From: an uncultured beta proteobacterium
Lineage (GTDB): Bacteria > Pseudomonadota > Gammaproteobacteria > Burkholderiales > SG8-39
NCBI GenBank assembly: GCA_963789885.1
Contig: CAWBNB010000033.1
Span: 162,633 to 226,632, forward strand
Direction of reading: 5' to 3'
DNA length: 64,000 nucleotides
The notes beneath the pieces are model-generated. The model was not told the origin of the DNA. It saw nothing but the letters and a program-made list of their open reading frames with translations, and did not search any database. Positions within the stretch are counted from its first letter, which is position 1; each line of letters begins with the position of its first letter. The position numbers and the translations under genes were made by a program. Of the stretch, positions 55,154 to 64,000 are shown piece after piece.

Positions 55154-55501
55154 TCAGCGCGACAGGATCCACTCGATCACGTTGTTGATCTCGCCCTCGT
55201 TCTTGGTCTTCAGCGAGTCGTGCAGCTCTTCCTTGCCATCGAGCTTGATCTTGGGATTGGTCGTCAGATGGACGAAGAGGGTCTTCTGGGCGTCCGGCTT
55301 GTCTTTGTACTTGGCCGCGGTTTCCTTGAACGACGGGCCGTCCTTCTTGCGATCGACCGAGTGGCACTTGAAGCAGTTGCTCTTCTTCATCAGGGCTTCG
55401 GCCGCACCGGCGTCGAGGGCAAACGCGTTGGTTGCCACGACCGATCCGAGGATCGCCGCGCACCCGCCGCCAATCACTGCCCCGAAGACCTTGCGTCTCA
55501 T
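55154..55501 (-). CDS. Monohaem class I c-type cytochrome (MtoD-like position)
   Basis: 115 aa. Signal peptide MRRKVFGAVIGGGCAAILGSVVATNAFA and a single CFKCH. It is the first gene of the four-gene cluster. Confidence 0.8.
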   Translation of the reverse strand: MRRKVFGAVIGGGCAAILGSVVATNAFALDAGAAEALMKKSNCFKCHSVDRKKDGPSFKETAAKYKDKPDAQKTLFVHLTTNPKIKLDGKEELHDSLKTKNEGEINNVIEWILSR

Positions 55502-55672
55502 GTCAGTCTTCCTCGCCGAATCCGTCTACTTTAGAACCACTTTTGATCGAAGGGAAGGTCGGGTCAATTTTGGTGTATGCGGATGGCCGGTCAGCCCCGA
55601 TGACTGCGCGAGCGACCGCCTCGTAGGCCCCGTACCGCCCGTTGCGGGGAGGGGGCTCGGTGCAGCGGCGGG

Positions 55673-56252
55673 CGAGATCGGACCAGAACTCATGCGGGAT
55701 CCCCGGCCGGGGGGGCGGACCGTGTCGCCACACCCCGCATTGCTCGGACCACCAGGGCTGCAGCGCGCGCGTGACGGGCGCCGGCACCGCCAGTGCCTGC
55801 GGCCCGAGCAGCGCTGCGAGTGCCCGGCCCAGGTCGCCGGCGGCGATCGCTCGCAGGTATGACTCGGTGGACTCGGCGTTGGAGGGCCGTGCGCGGCGCG
55901 CGTATCGCGGCACCACTGCGGAACGAAAGCCCGTGGCAGCGCCGCCGCGGGACCTCAGCTTGGGGAGGCGCACCGGCACTCGGCCGATGCCGGTGACGAT
56001 CATCCGCTCCGGGTGCAGTCCGTTTCGGACCACGCCACGCGACCCTTCCGCGAGGCCTGGCTGAACGGGCTGTCCCCGGAAGTGCCGGAGCTCCGCGTTG
56101 ATCGCCTCCACGATCAGGGATCGGGCGCTCTCCCGCAGCACGGCGGCCAGTGCATTCACGCCGTCCTCCGAGATCGGCGCCCTCGACGCCGCCGCGCCGT
56201 TCGACCCGTATAGAGCCTCGCAGACTTGCCTCAGGTTTCGGTCGACGCTCAT
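55673..56252 (-). mobile_element. IS256-family transposase N-terminal remnant (DDE domain missing)
   Basis: VVRNGLHPERMIVTGIGRVPVRLPKLRSRGG..FRSAVVPRYARR...YLRAIAAGDLGRALAALLGPQA..VTRALQPWW resembles the N-terminal half of IS256-family transposases as I recall them. The similarity ends before the catalytic region. The ORF then reads through to 55503, 2 nt from the cytochrome start. Confidence 0.55.
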
Positions 56253-56559
56253 CACCGCACAGATTACTTTCGCTGCACCGCAGCGCAGTTGACGAACATC
56301 AGAACAGGCGGGCTCGGGAGCAATCTTGATGCAATTACGCGACACGCCCGCTTTGCCGGGGCCGCGAAGCCTGGCCGGCGCCTATCGGCCGCGATCTACC
56401 CCGTGCCGGCCCCCGAGGCCGGACTCGCACCCGACCCTTTAACGGAGCGGGCGATTCGCGCGCGGCCGCCGGGCGCATCGAGCGATTGATTCAGGTCAAC
56501 TCGGCAAGCGCGAAAGAGAGTCTGCTAATCTGAAGGTGATGTCAGGAGGGGGCGCTTAT

Positions 56560-57657
56560 ATGAACGCCGAGCAGTGGATCGACAGGTGTGGCCCGCGAGC
56601 CTTGACAGCAAGGCGGCTCGTGTGGGTCGTATGGGCAGTTGCTTTCGCTGCGCCATTCACGTCGCAAGTGGCGAACGCTCAAGGCACCGAGCGGAGCGGC
56701 AAGGACGTGGTCGAGTCGGTCTGCATCACGTGCCACGGAACGGGCGCGCAAGGTGCGCCCAAGATCGGCGACCGGAAAGCGTGGAGCAAGCGCGCGTCGC
56801 AAGGTCTCACCAGCCTCACCGAACACGCGCTCAAAGGGATCCGGCAGATGCCGGCACACGGCGGCAGCCCCAATCTCACCGATCTGGAAATCGCGCGCGC
56901 GATCGCTTACATGGTCAACCGGTCGGGCGGCCACTGGGTCGAGCCTGCCAGCGCAAAGGACCTGGCGGGCGAACGTACCGGCAAGGAGATCGTCACGGCG
57001 CAGTGCGCCAAGTGCCACCAGACCGGCGAGGGCGGCGCGCCCAGGATCGGCGACCGGAACGCCTGGGCACCGCGAATGGGGCAGGGCTTCGACAATCTGG
57101 TTCATTCCGCGATCAAAGGGCACGGCGGAATGCCGGCTCGCGGCGGTATGGCCGACGCGACCGATGCGGAGATCCGGAACGCGATCAACTACATGTTCAA
57201 CCCCGCTGCTGCGGCCCCGCAGAAGGCCGGCGCCGCGGCGAAATCGGCCGCCGCGCCGCCCGCCAAGCCGGGGGGCAAGCGCGTAACCGTGAGCGGGATG
57301 GACGTGTACCTCGGGTTAGTCTCGGCGGAGACCCTGCGCGGTTATCCGCGAGACGCCGTGGAGAGATCGATGCATGGCGGGGTTCCGAGCGGCGCCGGCC
57401 AGTATCACGTGAACGTTTCCCTGTTCGATGCCAAGACCGGGGCGGCCATCCCCAACGCGGAGGTGGAAGTGGAGATCGACGAGGTCGGGATGACGAGCGA
57501 GTCGAAGAAGCTCGAGCCGATCGTGATCCACGATACCGCGAGCTACGGGAACTACTTCAAGCTGAGCGGAAAGACGTCTTACGAAATTATCGTGCGGGTT
57601 AAAAAACCGGGTTCGTCGCAATCCGTTGAGGCCAGGTTCGAGCACAAGACCAGCTGA
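56560..57657 (+). CDS. Dihaem cytochrome c5-type protein fused to an unassigned ~130-aa C-terminal domain
   Basis: ATG at 56560 preceded by aggaggggg, with a signal/anchor segment. There are two c5-like units (CITCHGTGAQGAPKIGDRKAW...MPAHGG and CAKCHQTGEGGAPRIGDRNAW...MPARGG). An Ala/Pro linker follows, then a beta-rich domain (YHVNVSLFDAKTGAAIPNAEVEVEIDEVG...YGNYFKLSGKTSYEIIVRVKKPG). Confidence 0.8.
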   Translation: MNAEQWIDRCGPRALTARRLVWVVWAVAFAAPFTSQVANAQGTERSGKDVVESVCITCHGTGAQGAPKIGDRKAWSKRASQGLTSLTEHALKGIRQMPAHGGSPNLTDLEIARAIAYMVNRSGGHWVEPASAKDLAGERTGKEIVTAQCAKCHQTGEGGAPRIGDRNAWAPRMGQGFDNLVHSAIKGHGGMPARGGMADATDAEIRNAINYMFNPAAAAPQKAGAAAKSAAAPPAKPGGKRVTVSGMDVYLGLVSAETLRGYPRDAVERSMHGGVPSGAGQYHVNVSLFDAKTGAAIPNAEVEVEIDEVGMTSESKKLEPIVIHDTASYGNYFKLSGKTSYEIIVRVKKPGSSQSVEARFEHKTS

Positions 57658-57691
57658 TCGGTTCGCGCATGGCTATGCCCGCGCCGTGGCG

Positions 57692-58921
57692 CTAAGGCAC
57701 GGCGGCCTCGATTACGACCGCGACCCCGGTCGCACCGACCTTCACCGGCTTCGAGACGCCCTGCAGGTCGCCGCTCTGAGCCATCGGGTTACCGGACCGT
57801 GAGATCCGCGCGCCCACCACCACTTCCGTGGCACCCGAGAGCTTCCGGTCCGGTGCCATGGCCATCGTGTCGTCGAGGGAGAACTCGAGGGGGAGGTCCT
57901 TGACCTGGCGCCGCATCACCGCGAGCGGCGGGCCGGGACCGCCGGTGGCGCGCGCGAAGACGAACACGGTGTCGGTAGGCGCGGCTTTCGACGCGAGCTC
58001 GGCGGCGAGGCGCACCGTACCCGCAACCTTGGCTGCGGCGGCGGCCGCCTTGGCGGCGGGCGCGTTCGCAGTGGGTGCCTTCGCCGCCGGGTTGGCTGCG
58101 GCGAGCTCGCGCGCTTTCGCGATGCTCGCGCCGACGGCATGCGCCTCCTCTGAACCCGGCTCGAGGCGGGACTGCACTTTCTCCCACTGGCGGATCGCGC
58201 CGGCGTAGTCCTCGCGCTGGAACGCGACCGCGCCGCTCAGCATCAACCCGAGCGGATTCTCCGGATCGAGCTCGAGCGCGCGCGCGACGAGCTCGGCCGG
58301 CTTGCCCTGGAGGTTGCCGCCGTGGGCGAGCGCGAGCGACTCCGCGTAGTCGACGAGGAGCCGCGAGTCGTTGGCGACGACTTTCTCCGCCTTGGCGTAG
58401 GCCTGCGCGGCCTCCTCGTTGCGGCCGAGCACGCGGTACGAGCGGCCGAGCATCGCCCATCCTTCGGCGTCGTCGGGCCGGTTCTGGAGGCGCTGCGCCA
58501 GCTTGTCGACCATCGCTTCGATGTCGGCCCGCCCGAGTTGCGGCTGCGTCTCCTCCGGGTTGAGCGCCCCCGGGGCGCCGAGGAGGAGGTAGAGCCCCGC
58601 CGCCGTGACCGGAAGCGCGATCGCCGTCGCGACGGCGGCAATCGGGCGGCGGCGCGCCGCCGACGGCGCGCTCTCCGCGACCGCGGTGTCTTCGAGGAGC
58701 CGGCGCTTCAGTTCGAGCTTCGCCTGCTCGTACTCCGGGCTGGCGATCGTGCCGGCCGAGTGGTCGCGCTCGAGCTCGGCGAGCTGGTCCCTGAGGACGG
58801 CGGCATTGGTCGCTGCGGCGTCGGCGGCCGCAGAGGCGCGCGGCGCCCGCGCGAGCGGCCACAGCAGGAATCCCAGCGTCGCCGCGACGAGGGCGAGCGC
58901 GCCAAGCGCGAAGAGGATCAT
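57692..58921 (-). CDS. ccmI: Cytochrome c maturation protein CcmI (CycH)
   Basis: ATG at 58921. N-terminal TM MILFALGALALVAATLGFLLW, a second TM, TPR-like repeats (GWAMLGRSYRVLGRNEEAAQAYAKA), and a C-terminal domain. It is last in the ccm operon. Confidence 0.85.
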   Translation of the reverse strand: MILFALGALALVAATLGFLLWPLARAPRASAAADAAATNAAVLRDQLAELERDHSAGTIASPEYEQAKLELKRRLLEDTAVAESAPSAARRRPIAAVATAIALPVTAAGLYLLLGAPGALNPEETQPQLGRADIEAMVDKLAQRLQNRPDDAEGWAMLGRSYRVLGRNEEAAQAYAKAEKVVANDSRLLVDYAESLALAHGGNLQGKPAELVARALELDPENPLGLMLSGAVAFQREDYAGAIRQWEKVQSRLEPGSEEAHAVGASIAKARELAAANPAAKAPTANAPAAKAAAAAAKVAGTVRLAAELASKAAPTDTVFVFARATGGPGPPLAVMRRQVKDLPLEFSLDDTMAMAPDRKLSGATEVVVGARISRSGNPMAQSGDLQGVSKPVKVGATGVAVVIEAAVP

Positions 58922-59409
58922 GCGGGGCGGTCGTCCCCCGCCTCGCCGAGGAGCCGCGCGACGCGCGCCTCCTCCTCGGGCGAGAGCGCCGCCGCCACCA
59001 CGCGCGTGCGCCGCCGCCGGACGTACCAGGCGAGCCCGCCGGCGGCCGCCGCAAGCAGCACGAACGGCCCCGCCCAGAGCGCGGCGGTGGTGCCCTTGAG
59101 CGGCGGGCGATAGCGGATGAAGTCGCCGTAGCGATCGGTCATGTAGGCGAGGATCTGGTCGTCGCTGCGGCCGGCCTTGATCTGCTCGCGGATCTGGCGG
59201 CGCAGATCCTGGGCGAGGTCGGCGCGCGAGCCGGCGAGCGACTCGTTCTGGCAGACGAGGCAGCGGAGCTCCTCCGCGATCGCGTTCAGGCGCCGCTCGA
59301 CCGCTTCGTCCTCGGCGAGCGGCCGCGCTGCCTGCGCGAGCACCGTGCCGGCGAAGGCGAGCAGCGCGAGCAGGGAGAGCGCCAGCCCGAGAGCGCCGAG
59401 TCGCTTCAC
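58918..59409 (-). CDS. ccmH: Cytochrome c maturation protein CcmH
   Basis: GTG start overlapping the ccmG stop. LRCLVCQNESL motif and a C-terminal TM. Confidence 0.85.
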   Translation of the reverse strand: MKRLGALGLALSLLALLAFAGTVLAQAARPLAEDEAVERRLNAIAEELRCLVCQNESLAGSRADLAQDLRRQIREQIKAGRSDDQILAYMTDRYGDFIRYRPPLKGTTAALWAGPFVLLAAAAGGLAWYVRRRRTRVVAAALSPEEEARVARLLGEAGDDRPA

Positions 59410-59930
59410 TTCCCAAGCTCCTTCAGGAGCGGCGCGATCTTCTTCTCGACCGTCTCGGGGGTCACCGGCCCGATGTGCTTCAGGCGGATCACGCCCGCCT
59501 GGTCGATCACGTAGGTCTCGGGGACGCCGTAGACGCCGTAGTCGATCCCCACGCGGCCGTCGACGTCGACCGCGCTCGCGACGTAGGGGTCTCCTAGCTG
59601 CTTGAGCAGCCCGAGCGCATCGTCGCGGCGGTCCTTGTAGTTGAGCCCGTAGATCGGCACGGTCTTCGTCCCCGACAGCTTCATCAGTACCGGGATCTCG
59701 TCGCGGCAGGGCGCGCACCACGACGCCCACACGTTCAGGACCCAGACCTTGCCGCGGAGCGCCTCGGGCGAGAGCTTCTCGCCGGGCTCGTCGAGGCGCG
59801 GGAGCGAGAACGCTGGCGCCGGCTTGCCGACGAGCGGCGAAGGGACCTCGCGCGGATTGAGCGAGAGGCCGATCGCCAGCAGGAGAACGAGCAGCCCGAA
59901 CGCACCGAGCGCGAGAACGAGCCGCGTCAT
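59406..59930 (-). CDS. ccmG: Thiol:disulfide oxidoreductase CcmG/DsbE
   Basis: N-terminal anchor, WASWCAPCRDE thioredoxin motif, and GVYGVPETYVID. Confidence 0.9.
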   Translation of the reverse strand: MTRLVLALGAFGLLVLLLAIGLSLNPREVPSPLVGKPAPAFSLPRLDEPGEKLSPEALRGKVWVLNVWASWCAPCRDEIPVLMKLSGTKTVPIYGLNYKDRRDDALGLLKQLGDPYVASAVDVDGRVGIDYGVYGVPETYVIDQAGVIRLKHIGPVTPETVEKKIAPLLKELGK

Positions 59931-61882
59931 CCGCGCGCCCCGCCGCCGGCGAGCGCGGCGGCGAACCGCTCGGCCACCCGCACCCGGTAGCGGCGGTCGG
60001 AGGCGGCGAGGAAGCCGCCGAACGCCATGAACAGCGCGCCGAACCAGATCCAGTCGACGAACGGCTTGTGGTGGGCGCGCACGCTCCAGGCGCCGCCGTC
60101 GAGCGGTTCGCCGAGCGAGACGTACACGTCGCGCGTGAGGCCCGTGTCGATCGCGGCCTCGGTCATCGGCATCTGCGACGAGAAGTAGGCGCGCTTCTCG
60201 GGCCGCATCGTGCGCAGCACCTGGCCGTCGCGCTCGAGCGTGAGCTCACCGCGGCTCGCGCGGTAGTTCGGGCCGTCGACCTCGCGCACGCCGGCGAAGC
60301 GGAGCTGATACGGGCCGATCGCCACCGTTTCGCCCGGCGCCATGCGCACGTCCTTCTCCGACTCGTAGCCCTTGACGAGGGCGACGCCGGTCACGCACAC
60401 CGCGAGGCCGAGATGCGCGAAGTGCATCCCGTACCATGCCCGCGGCTGGCGCGGTCCGCCCTGCACGATCCGTTCGCGGATGTTCGCCGCGGTCGCGCAG
60501 GCCACCCACGCTGCGAGTGCGGCACCGAGCGCCGCGAGCGGCTGCCAGCCGCCGAGCGCGAACGGCACACCGATGCCGGCCGCGACCGCGACCGCAGCGG
60601 GCACCGCGAGCCGCCGGGCGATCGCGCGCGCCGAGGCTTCCTTCCACCGCGCGAACGGGCCGGTCGCGACGAGGAAGAGGAGCGGCACCATCAGCGGCAC
60701 GAAGACCGCGTTGAAATAGGGCGGGCCGACCGAGAGCTTGCCGAGACCCATCGCGTCGATCACGAGCGGGTAGAGCGTGCCGAGCAGGACCGAGGCGGCC
60801 GCCACGACCAGGAGGACGTTGTTCGCGAGCAGCAGCGATTCGCGCGAGACGAGCGCGAACTGGCCGCCGGTCGCCGTGCGCGGGGCGCGCAACGCGAACA
60901 GCACGAGCGAGCCGCCGATGACCAGCGTGAGCAGCGCGAGGATGAAGACGCCGCGCCGCGGATCGGTCGCGAACGCGTGCACCGACGTGAGCACCCCCGA
61001 GCGCACGAGGAAGGTGCCGAGCAGGCTGAGCGAGAATGCGGTGATCGCGAGCAGCACGGTCCAGCTCTTGAACGCACCGCGCTTGTCGGTCACCGCGAGC
61101 GAGTGGATGAGGGCGGTGCCAACGAGCCACGGCATGAAGGACGCGTTCTCGACCGGGTCCCAGAACCACCAGCCGCCCCAGCCGAGCTCGTAGTACGCCC
61201 AGTAGCTGCCGAGGGCGATGCCGAGCGTGAGGAAGATCCAGGCGGCGATCGTCCACGGCCGCGACCAGCGCGCCCACGCCACGTCGAGCCGGCCCGCGAT
61301 CAGCGCGCCGAGGGCGAACGCGAATGCCACCGAGAAGCCGACGTAACCCATGTAGAGCATCGGCGGATGGAAGATGAGGCCGGGATCCTGCAGGAGCGGG
61401 TTGAGGTCGCGCCCGTCGGACGGCGGCGGCAGGACGCGCTCGAACGGGTTCGACGTGAACAGGGTGAACAGCATGAACCCGGCGCTCACCAGGCCGAGCA
61501 CGCCGAGGACGCGCGCGACCATCGCGTCGGGGAGCTGCCGGCTCGCGATCGACACCGCGGCCGACCAGCCCGAGAGCATGAGGAGCCACAGGAGGAGCGA
61601 TCCTTCGTGGCCGCCCCAGGTGGCGGCGAACCGGAACGGCGTGGGCAGCTTCGAGTTCGAATGGTTGGCGACGTAGGCCACCGAGAAGTCGTTGCCGACG
61701 AACGCGAGCGCGAGGCAGCCGAACGAGAAGAGGACCAGCAGGAACTGGGCGCGGGCGGCGGGTCGGGCGATCGCGATCCAGCGGGCATCGCCGCGCGCCG
61801 CGCCGACGAGCGGCAGCACGCCCTGCACCGCGGCGACGCAGAGCGCGAGGATCAGTGCGAAATGGCCGAGCTCGGGGGTCAT
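59927..61882 (-). CDS. ccmF: Cytochrome c haem lyase subunit CcmF
   Basis: 651 aa and polytopic. [18 protein letters not shown] is the WWD motif. Confidence 0.95.
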   Translation of the reverse strand: MTPELGHFALILALCVAAVQGVLPLVGAARGDARWIAIARPAARAQFLLVLFSFGCLALAFVGNDFSVAYVANHSNSKLPTPFRFAATWGGHEGSLLLWLLMLSGWSAAVSIASRQLPDAMVARVLGVLGLVSAGFMLFTLFTSNPFERVLPPPSDGRDLNPLLQDPGLIFHPPMLYMGYVGFSVAFAFALGALIAGRLDVAWARWSRPWTIAAWIFLTLGIALGSYWAYYELGWGGWWFWDPVENASFMPWLVGTALIHSLAVTDKRGAFKSWTVLLAITAFSLSLLGTFLVRSGVLTSVHAFATDPRRGVFILALLTLVIGGSLVLFALRAPRTATGGQFALVSRESLLLANNVLLVVAAASVLLGTLYPLVIDAMGLGKLSVGPPYFNAVFVPLMVPLLFLVATGPFARWKEASARAIARRLAVPAAVAVAAGIGVPFALGGWQPLAALGAALAAWVACATAANIRERIVQGGPRQPRAWYGMHFAHLGLAVCVTGVALVKGYESEKDVRMAPGETVAIGPYQLRFAGVREVDGPNYRASRGELTLERDGQVLRTMRPEKRAYFSSQMPMTEAAIDTGLTRDVYVSLGEPLDGGAWSVRAHHKPFVDWIWFGALFMAFGGFLAASDRRYRVRVAERFAAALAGGGARG

Positions 61883-62325
61883 GGTTTCACCGTTTTCTGC
61901 GCTTTCGCCGCCTGCTCGAGCGCGTGCGCCGCTTCGGGCGGCATGTAGTTCTCGTCGTGCTTCGCGAGCACCTCATCGGCGCGGAAGATCCCGTCGTGGC
62001 CGAGCCGCCCTTGTGCGACCACGCCCCTGCCTTCGCGGAACAGGTCCGGAAGGATGCCCTTGTAGGTCACCGGGATGCTCCTTGCCGTATCGGTCACGAT
62101 GAACTCGACCGTCAGGCCGTCGCCGAGGCGCTTCAGGCTGCCCGCCTGCACCATGCCTCCCACCCGGAACGCGCGGTCCTTCGGCGCCTCGCCGGCGGCG
62201 ATCTGCGACGGGCTGAAGAAGAACACGAGGTTCGACTGGAACGCGTTCAGCACCAGCGCGGCGGCGACCGCGATCGCAGCTACCCCGGCCCCGATGATCG
62301 CGAGACGCTTATGCCGCGGCTTCAC
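61879..62325 (-). CDS. ccmE: Haem chaperone CcmE
   Basis: N-terminal anchor, OB-fold, and [12 protein letters not shown] carrying the haem-binding His motif. Confidence 0.9.
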   Translation of the reverse strand: MKPRHKRLAIIGAGVAAIAVAAALVLNAFQSNLVFFFSPSQIAAGEAPKDRAFRVGGMVQAGSLKRLGDGLTVEFIVTDTARSIPVTYKGILPDLFREGRGVVAQGRLGHDGIFRADEVLAKHDENYMPPEAAHALEQAAKAQKTVKP

Positions 62326-62503
62326 TTGGAGTCCTCCTGGCGGCGCCTTCGAGCGCCTTCAGCCGCGCCGCCGCCGCGCGCCGGCGCGCACGCACGACGA
62401 CCGGCTCGATGATCATGCAGAGCGCGACCACGCCGTAGCCTCCCCACACGTACGGCGCGTAGCCGCCCATCGCGAAGAACTCGGCTGCGCTCCCCCAGGT
62501 CAT
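62309..62503 (-). CDS. ccmD: Haem exporter protein CcmD
   Basis: 64 aa with one TM ([20 protein letters not shown]). Its ATG overlaps the ccmC stop (ATGA). Assigned mainly by position between ccmC and ccmE. Confidence 0.7.
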   Translation of the reverse strand: MTWGSAAEFFAMGGYAPYVWGGYGVVALCMIIEPVVVRARRRAAAARLKALEGAARRTPSEAAA

Positions 62504-63231
62504 GCTGCCACCAGCTCGTGCACCCAGCCCGAATGGCGCTCGCGCTCGAGGATGATCGCCCGCACTCGCGCGAGCGCGACCGCGATCGAGTACATCCAGA
62601 ACGCGAACACCATGACGATCATGCCGGCGAACATCACCGCGGCCATCGACGGCGCGCGCGTCACGCTCACCGAGGCGCCCTGGTGGAGCGTGTTCCACCA
62701 CTGCACCGAGAAGTAGATGATCGGGATGTTGACGGCGCCGACAAGGGCCAGCACCGCGCAGGCCTTGTCCGCGCGCCGCGTTTCGTCGATCGCCGCGTGC
62801 AGCGCCATGACGCCGATGTACAGGAAGAGGAGCACGAGCTCGGAGGTGAGGCGCGCATCCCAGACCCAGTAGGTGCCCCAGGTCGGCTTGCCCCAGAGCG
62901 CGCCGGTCCAGAGGCTGAGGAACGCGAACAGCGCGCCGGTCGGCGCGAGCGCCGCCGCCATCATGTACGAGAGGCGGGTGTTGAAGACGAGGCCGATCGC
63001 CGCCCAGCCCGCCATCACCAGGTAGATGAACATCGACATCCAGGACGCCGGGACATGCACGAAGATGATGCGGTAGGACTCGCCCTGCTGGGCGTCGGTC
63101 GGCGCGACGAAGAAGGCGATGTAGAGCCCGACGAGCGCGAGGATCGCGGCCGCGCCGGCGAACCACGGCACCATCTTCCCGGCGAGCGGGTAGAAGGTCT
63201 GCGGCGAGGAGAAGCGAAACCAGTTGGCCAT
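62500..63231 (-). CDS. ccmC: Haem exporter protein CcmC
   Basis: WGTYWVWDARLTSELVLLFLY is the WWD motif; 243 aa and polytopic. Confidence 0.9.
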   Translation of the reverse strand: MANWFRFSSPQTFYPLAGKMVPWFAGAAAILALVGLYIAFFVAPTDAQQGESYRIIFVHVPASWMSMFIYLVMAGWAAIGLVFNTRLSYMMAAALAPTGALFAFLSLWTGALWGKPTWGTYWVWDARLTSELVLLFLYIGVMALHAAIDETRRADKACAVLALVGAVNIPIIYFSVQWWNTLHQGASVSVTRAPSMAAVMFAGMIVMVFAFWMYSIAVALARVRAIILERERHSGWVHELVAA

Positions 63232-63232
63232 G

Positions 63233-63916
63233 TCATTCCAGCGCTATGCGCAGGGCCGCCGTGATCGCCCACGGCGCGAAGAAACCCGCAATCACCAGGC
63301 ACGCCCCAAGCAGAGACAGGTGCGCGGCGGCCCCGGTTCCCGCGAGATTCGCGTCGACCGCGCCGGCGCCGAACACCAGCGCCGGCACGTAGAGCGGGAG
63401 GACGATCAGCGCCACCAGCAACCCGCCCCCGCGCACGCCGAGCGTGAGCGCCGCCCCGATCGCCCCGACCAGGCTCAGCACCGGGGTGCCGAGGAGAAGG
63501 GAGGCGACGAGCACCGCGATCGTGTCGGCGGGCAGGCCGTATTGTAAGGCGAGCACCGGGGCGGCGACGATGAGCGGCAGCCCGGACACGAGCCAGTGCG
63601 CGGCGACCTTCGCCGCGGCCAGCAGCACGAACGGCTCCGGCGAGAGCGCCAGCTGCTCGAGGGTGCCGTCCTCGTAGTCGGCGGCGAAGAGTCGGGCGAG
63701 CGCGAGCATGGTCGCGAGCAGCGCACCGACCCACAGCACGCCCGGCCCGATCCGGCGCAGGAGCTCGGGCTCCGGCCCGATCCCGAGCGGGAAGAGGCTT
63801 GCGACGATCACGAAGAAGAACACCGGTGCGAGCGCGTCCGACTTGCGGCGCAGCGCGAGCAGCAGGTCGCGCCGCAGGACCCCGAGCGCGGCGGCGAGCG
63901 CGCCCGCTTCGGTCAT
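63233..63916 (-). CDS. ccmB: Haem exporter permease CcmB
   Basis: 227-aa polytopic protein between ccmA and ccmC. The FFFVIVASLFPLGIGPE region is typical. Confidence 0.85.
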   Translation of the reverse strand: MTEAGALAAALGVLRRDLLLALRRKSDALAPVFFFVIVASLFPLGIGPEPELLRRIGPGVLWVGALLATMLALARLFAADYEDGTLEQLALSPEPFVLLAAAKVAAHWLVSGLPLIVAAPVLALQYGLPADTIAVLVASLLLGTPVLSLVGAIGAALTLGVRGGGLLVALIVLPLYVPALVFGAGAVDANLAGTGAAAHLSLLGACLVIAGFFAPWAITAALRIALE

Positions 63917-64000
63917 GCACCCAGCTTCAGCGTGTCGAAGCGCGCCCGCGTCGTGACCGGCTGATGGCTCGTCACCACCGCGAGCCCGCCCGTCTCGAGG
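63913..64000 (-). CDS. ccmA: Haem exporter ATPase CcmA (C-terminal fragment; continues beyond the window)
   Basis: The reverse strand reads ..LETGGLAVVTSHQPVTTRARFDTLKLGA*, overlapping the ccmB ATG (ATGA). Only 28 codons are visible. Confidence 0.6.
   Translation of the reverse strand, partial: LETGGLAVVTSHQPVTTRARFDTLKLGA

Noticed and set aside
55503-55672. The C-terminal ~55 codons of ORF 55503..56345, considered as part of a functional protein.
   Set aside because: The sequence after ..IPHEFWSDLA no longer resembles a transposase. It most likely represents read-through of non-coding DNA upstream of the cytochrome gene.

Overview
Visibly GC-rich proteobacterial chromosomal segment with no rRNA and no CRISPR array. 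All calls come from reading the sequence and ORF translations; no searches were run.

Left to right:
1. A DUF3455 gene.
2. tRNA-Leu(CAA) followed by a decayed ~4.8-kb integrative island. It holds a P4-type integrase with two frameshifts, a DinJ-YafQ toxin-antitoxin pair, an orphan Rhs C-terminal tip with two small downstream ORFs, an AlpA-like excisionase, and a degenerate copy of the tRNA 3' end.
3. A CHASE2 hybrid kinase / Hpt / OmpR-type phosphorelay.
4. A VOC / PanE-like reductase / FAD monooxygenase / DUF2783 cluster with a STAND-BTAD regulator.
5. A striking AT-rich island with a repeated GTGGGATT motif, upstream of an HTH-methyltransferase-like / MetF-like / short MetE-like operon.
6. 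napFDABC, with single-base lesions in napD and napC.
7. A minus-strand operon: a 4402-aa DUF4347 / beta-helix / cadherin giant protein, translationally coupled by an ATGA overlap to a hybrid sensor kinase, followed by a frameshifted REC-GGDEF-EAL gene.
8. A divergent type I secretion ABC/MFP pair and a heavily frameshifted RTX gene.
9. A four-gene MtoD/CymA/MtoA/MtoB-type porin-cytochrome (extracellular electron transfer) cluster, abutted by an IS256-family transposase remnant.
10. A dihaem cytochrome c5 fused to an unassigned C-terminal domain.
11. ccmABCDEFGHI (ccmA is partial).

Most interesting:
- the non-canonical giant surface protein and its signalling/secretion neighbourhood;
- the porin-cytochrome cluster in a nap/ccm respiratory neighbourhood;
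- the c5 fusion protein;
- the AT-rich regulatory island;
- an unusual concentration of about 13 single-nucleotide frame disruptions. These need read-level verification.
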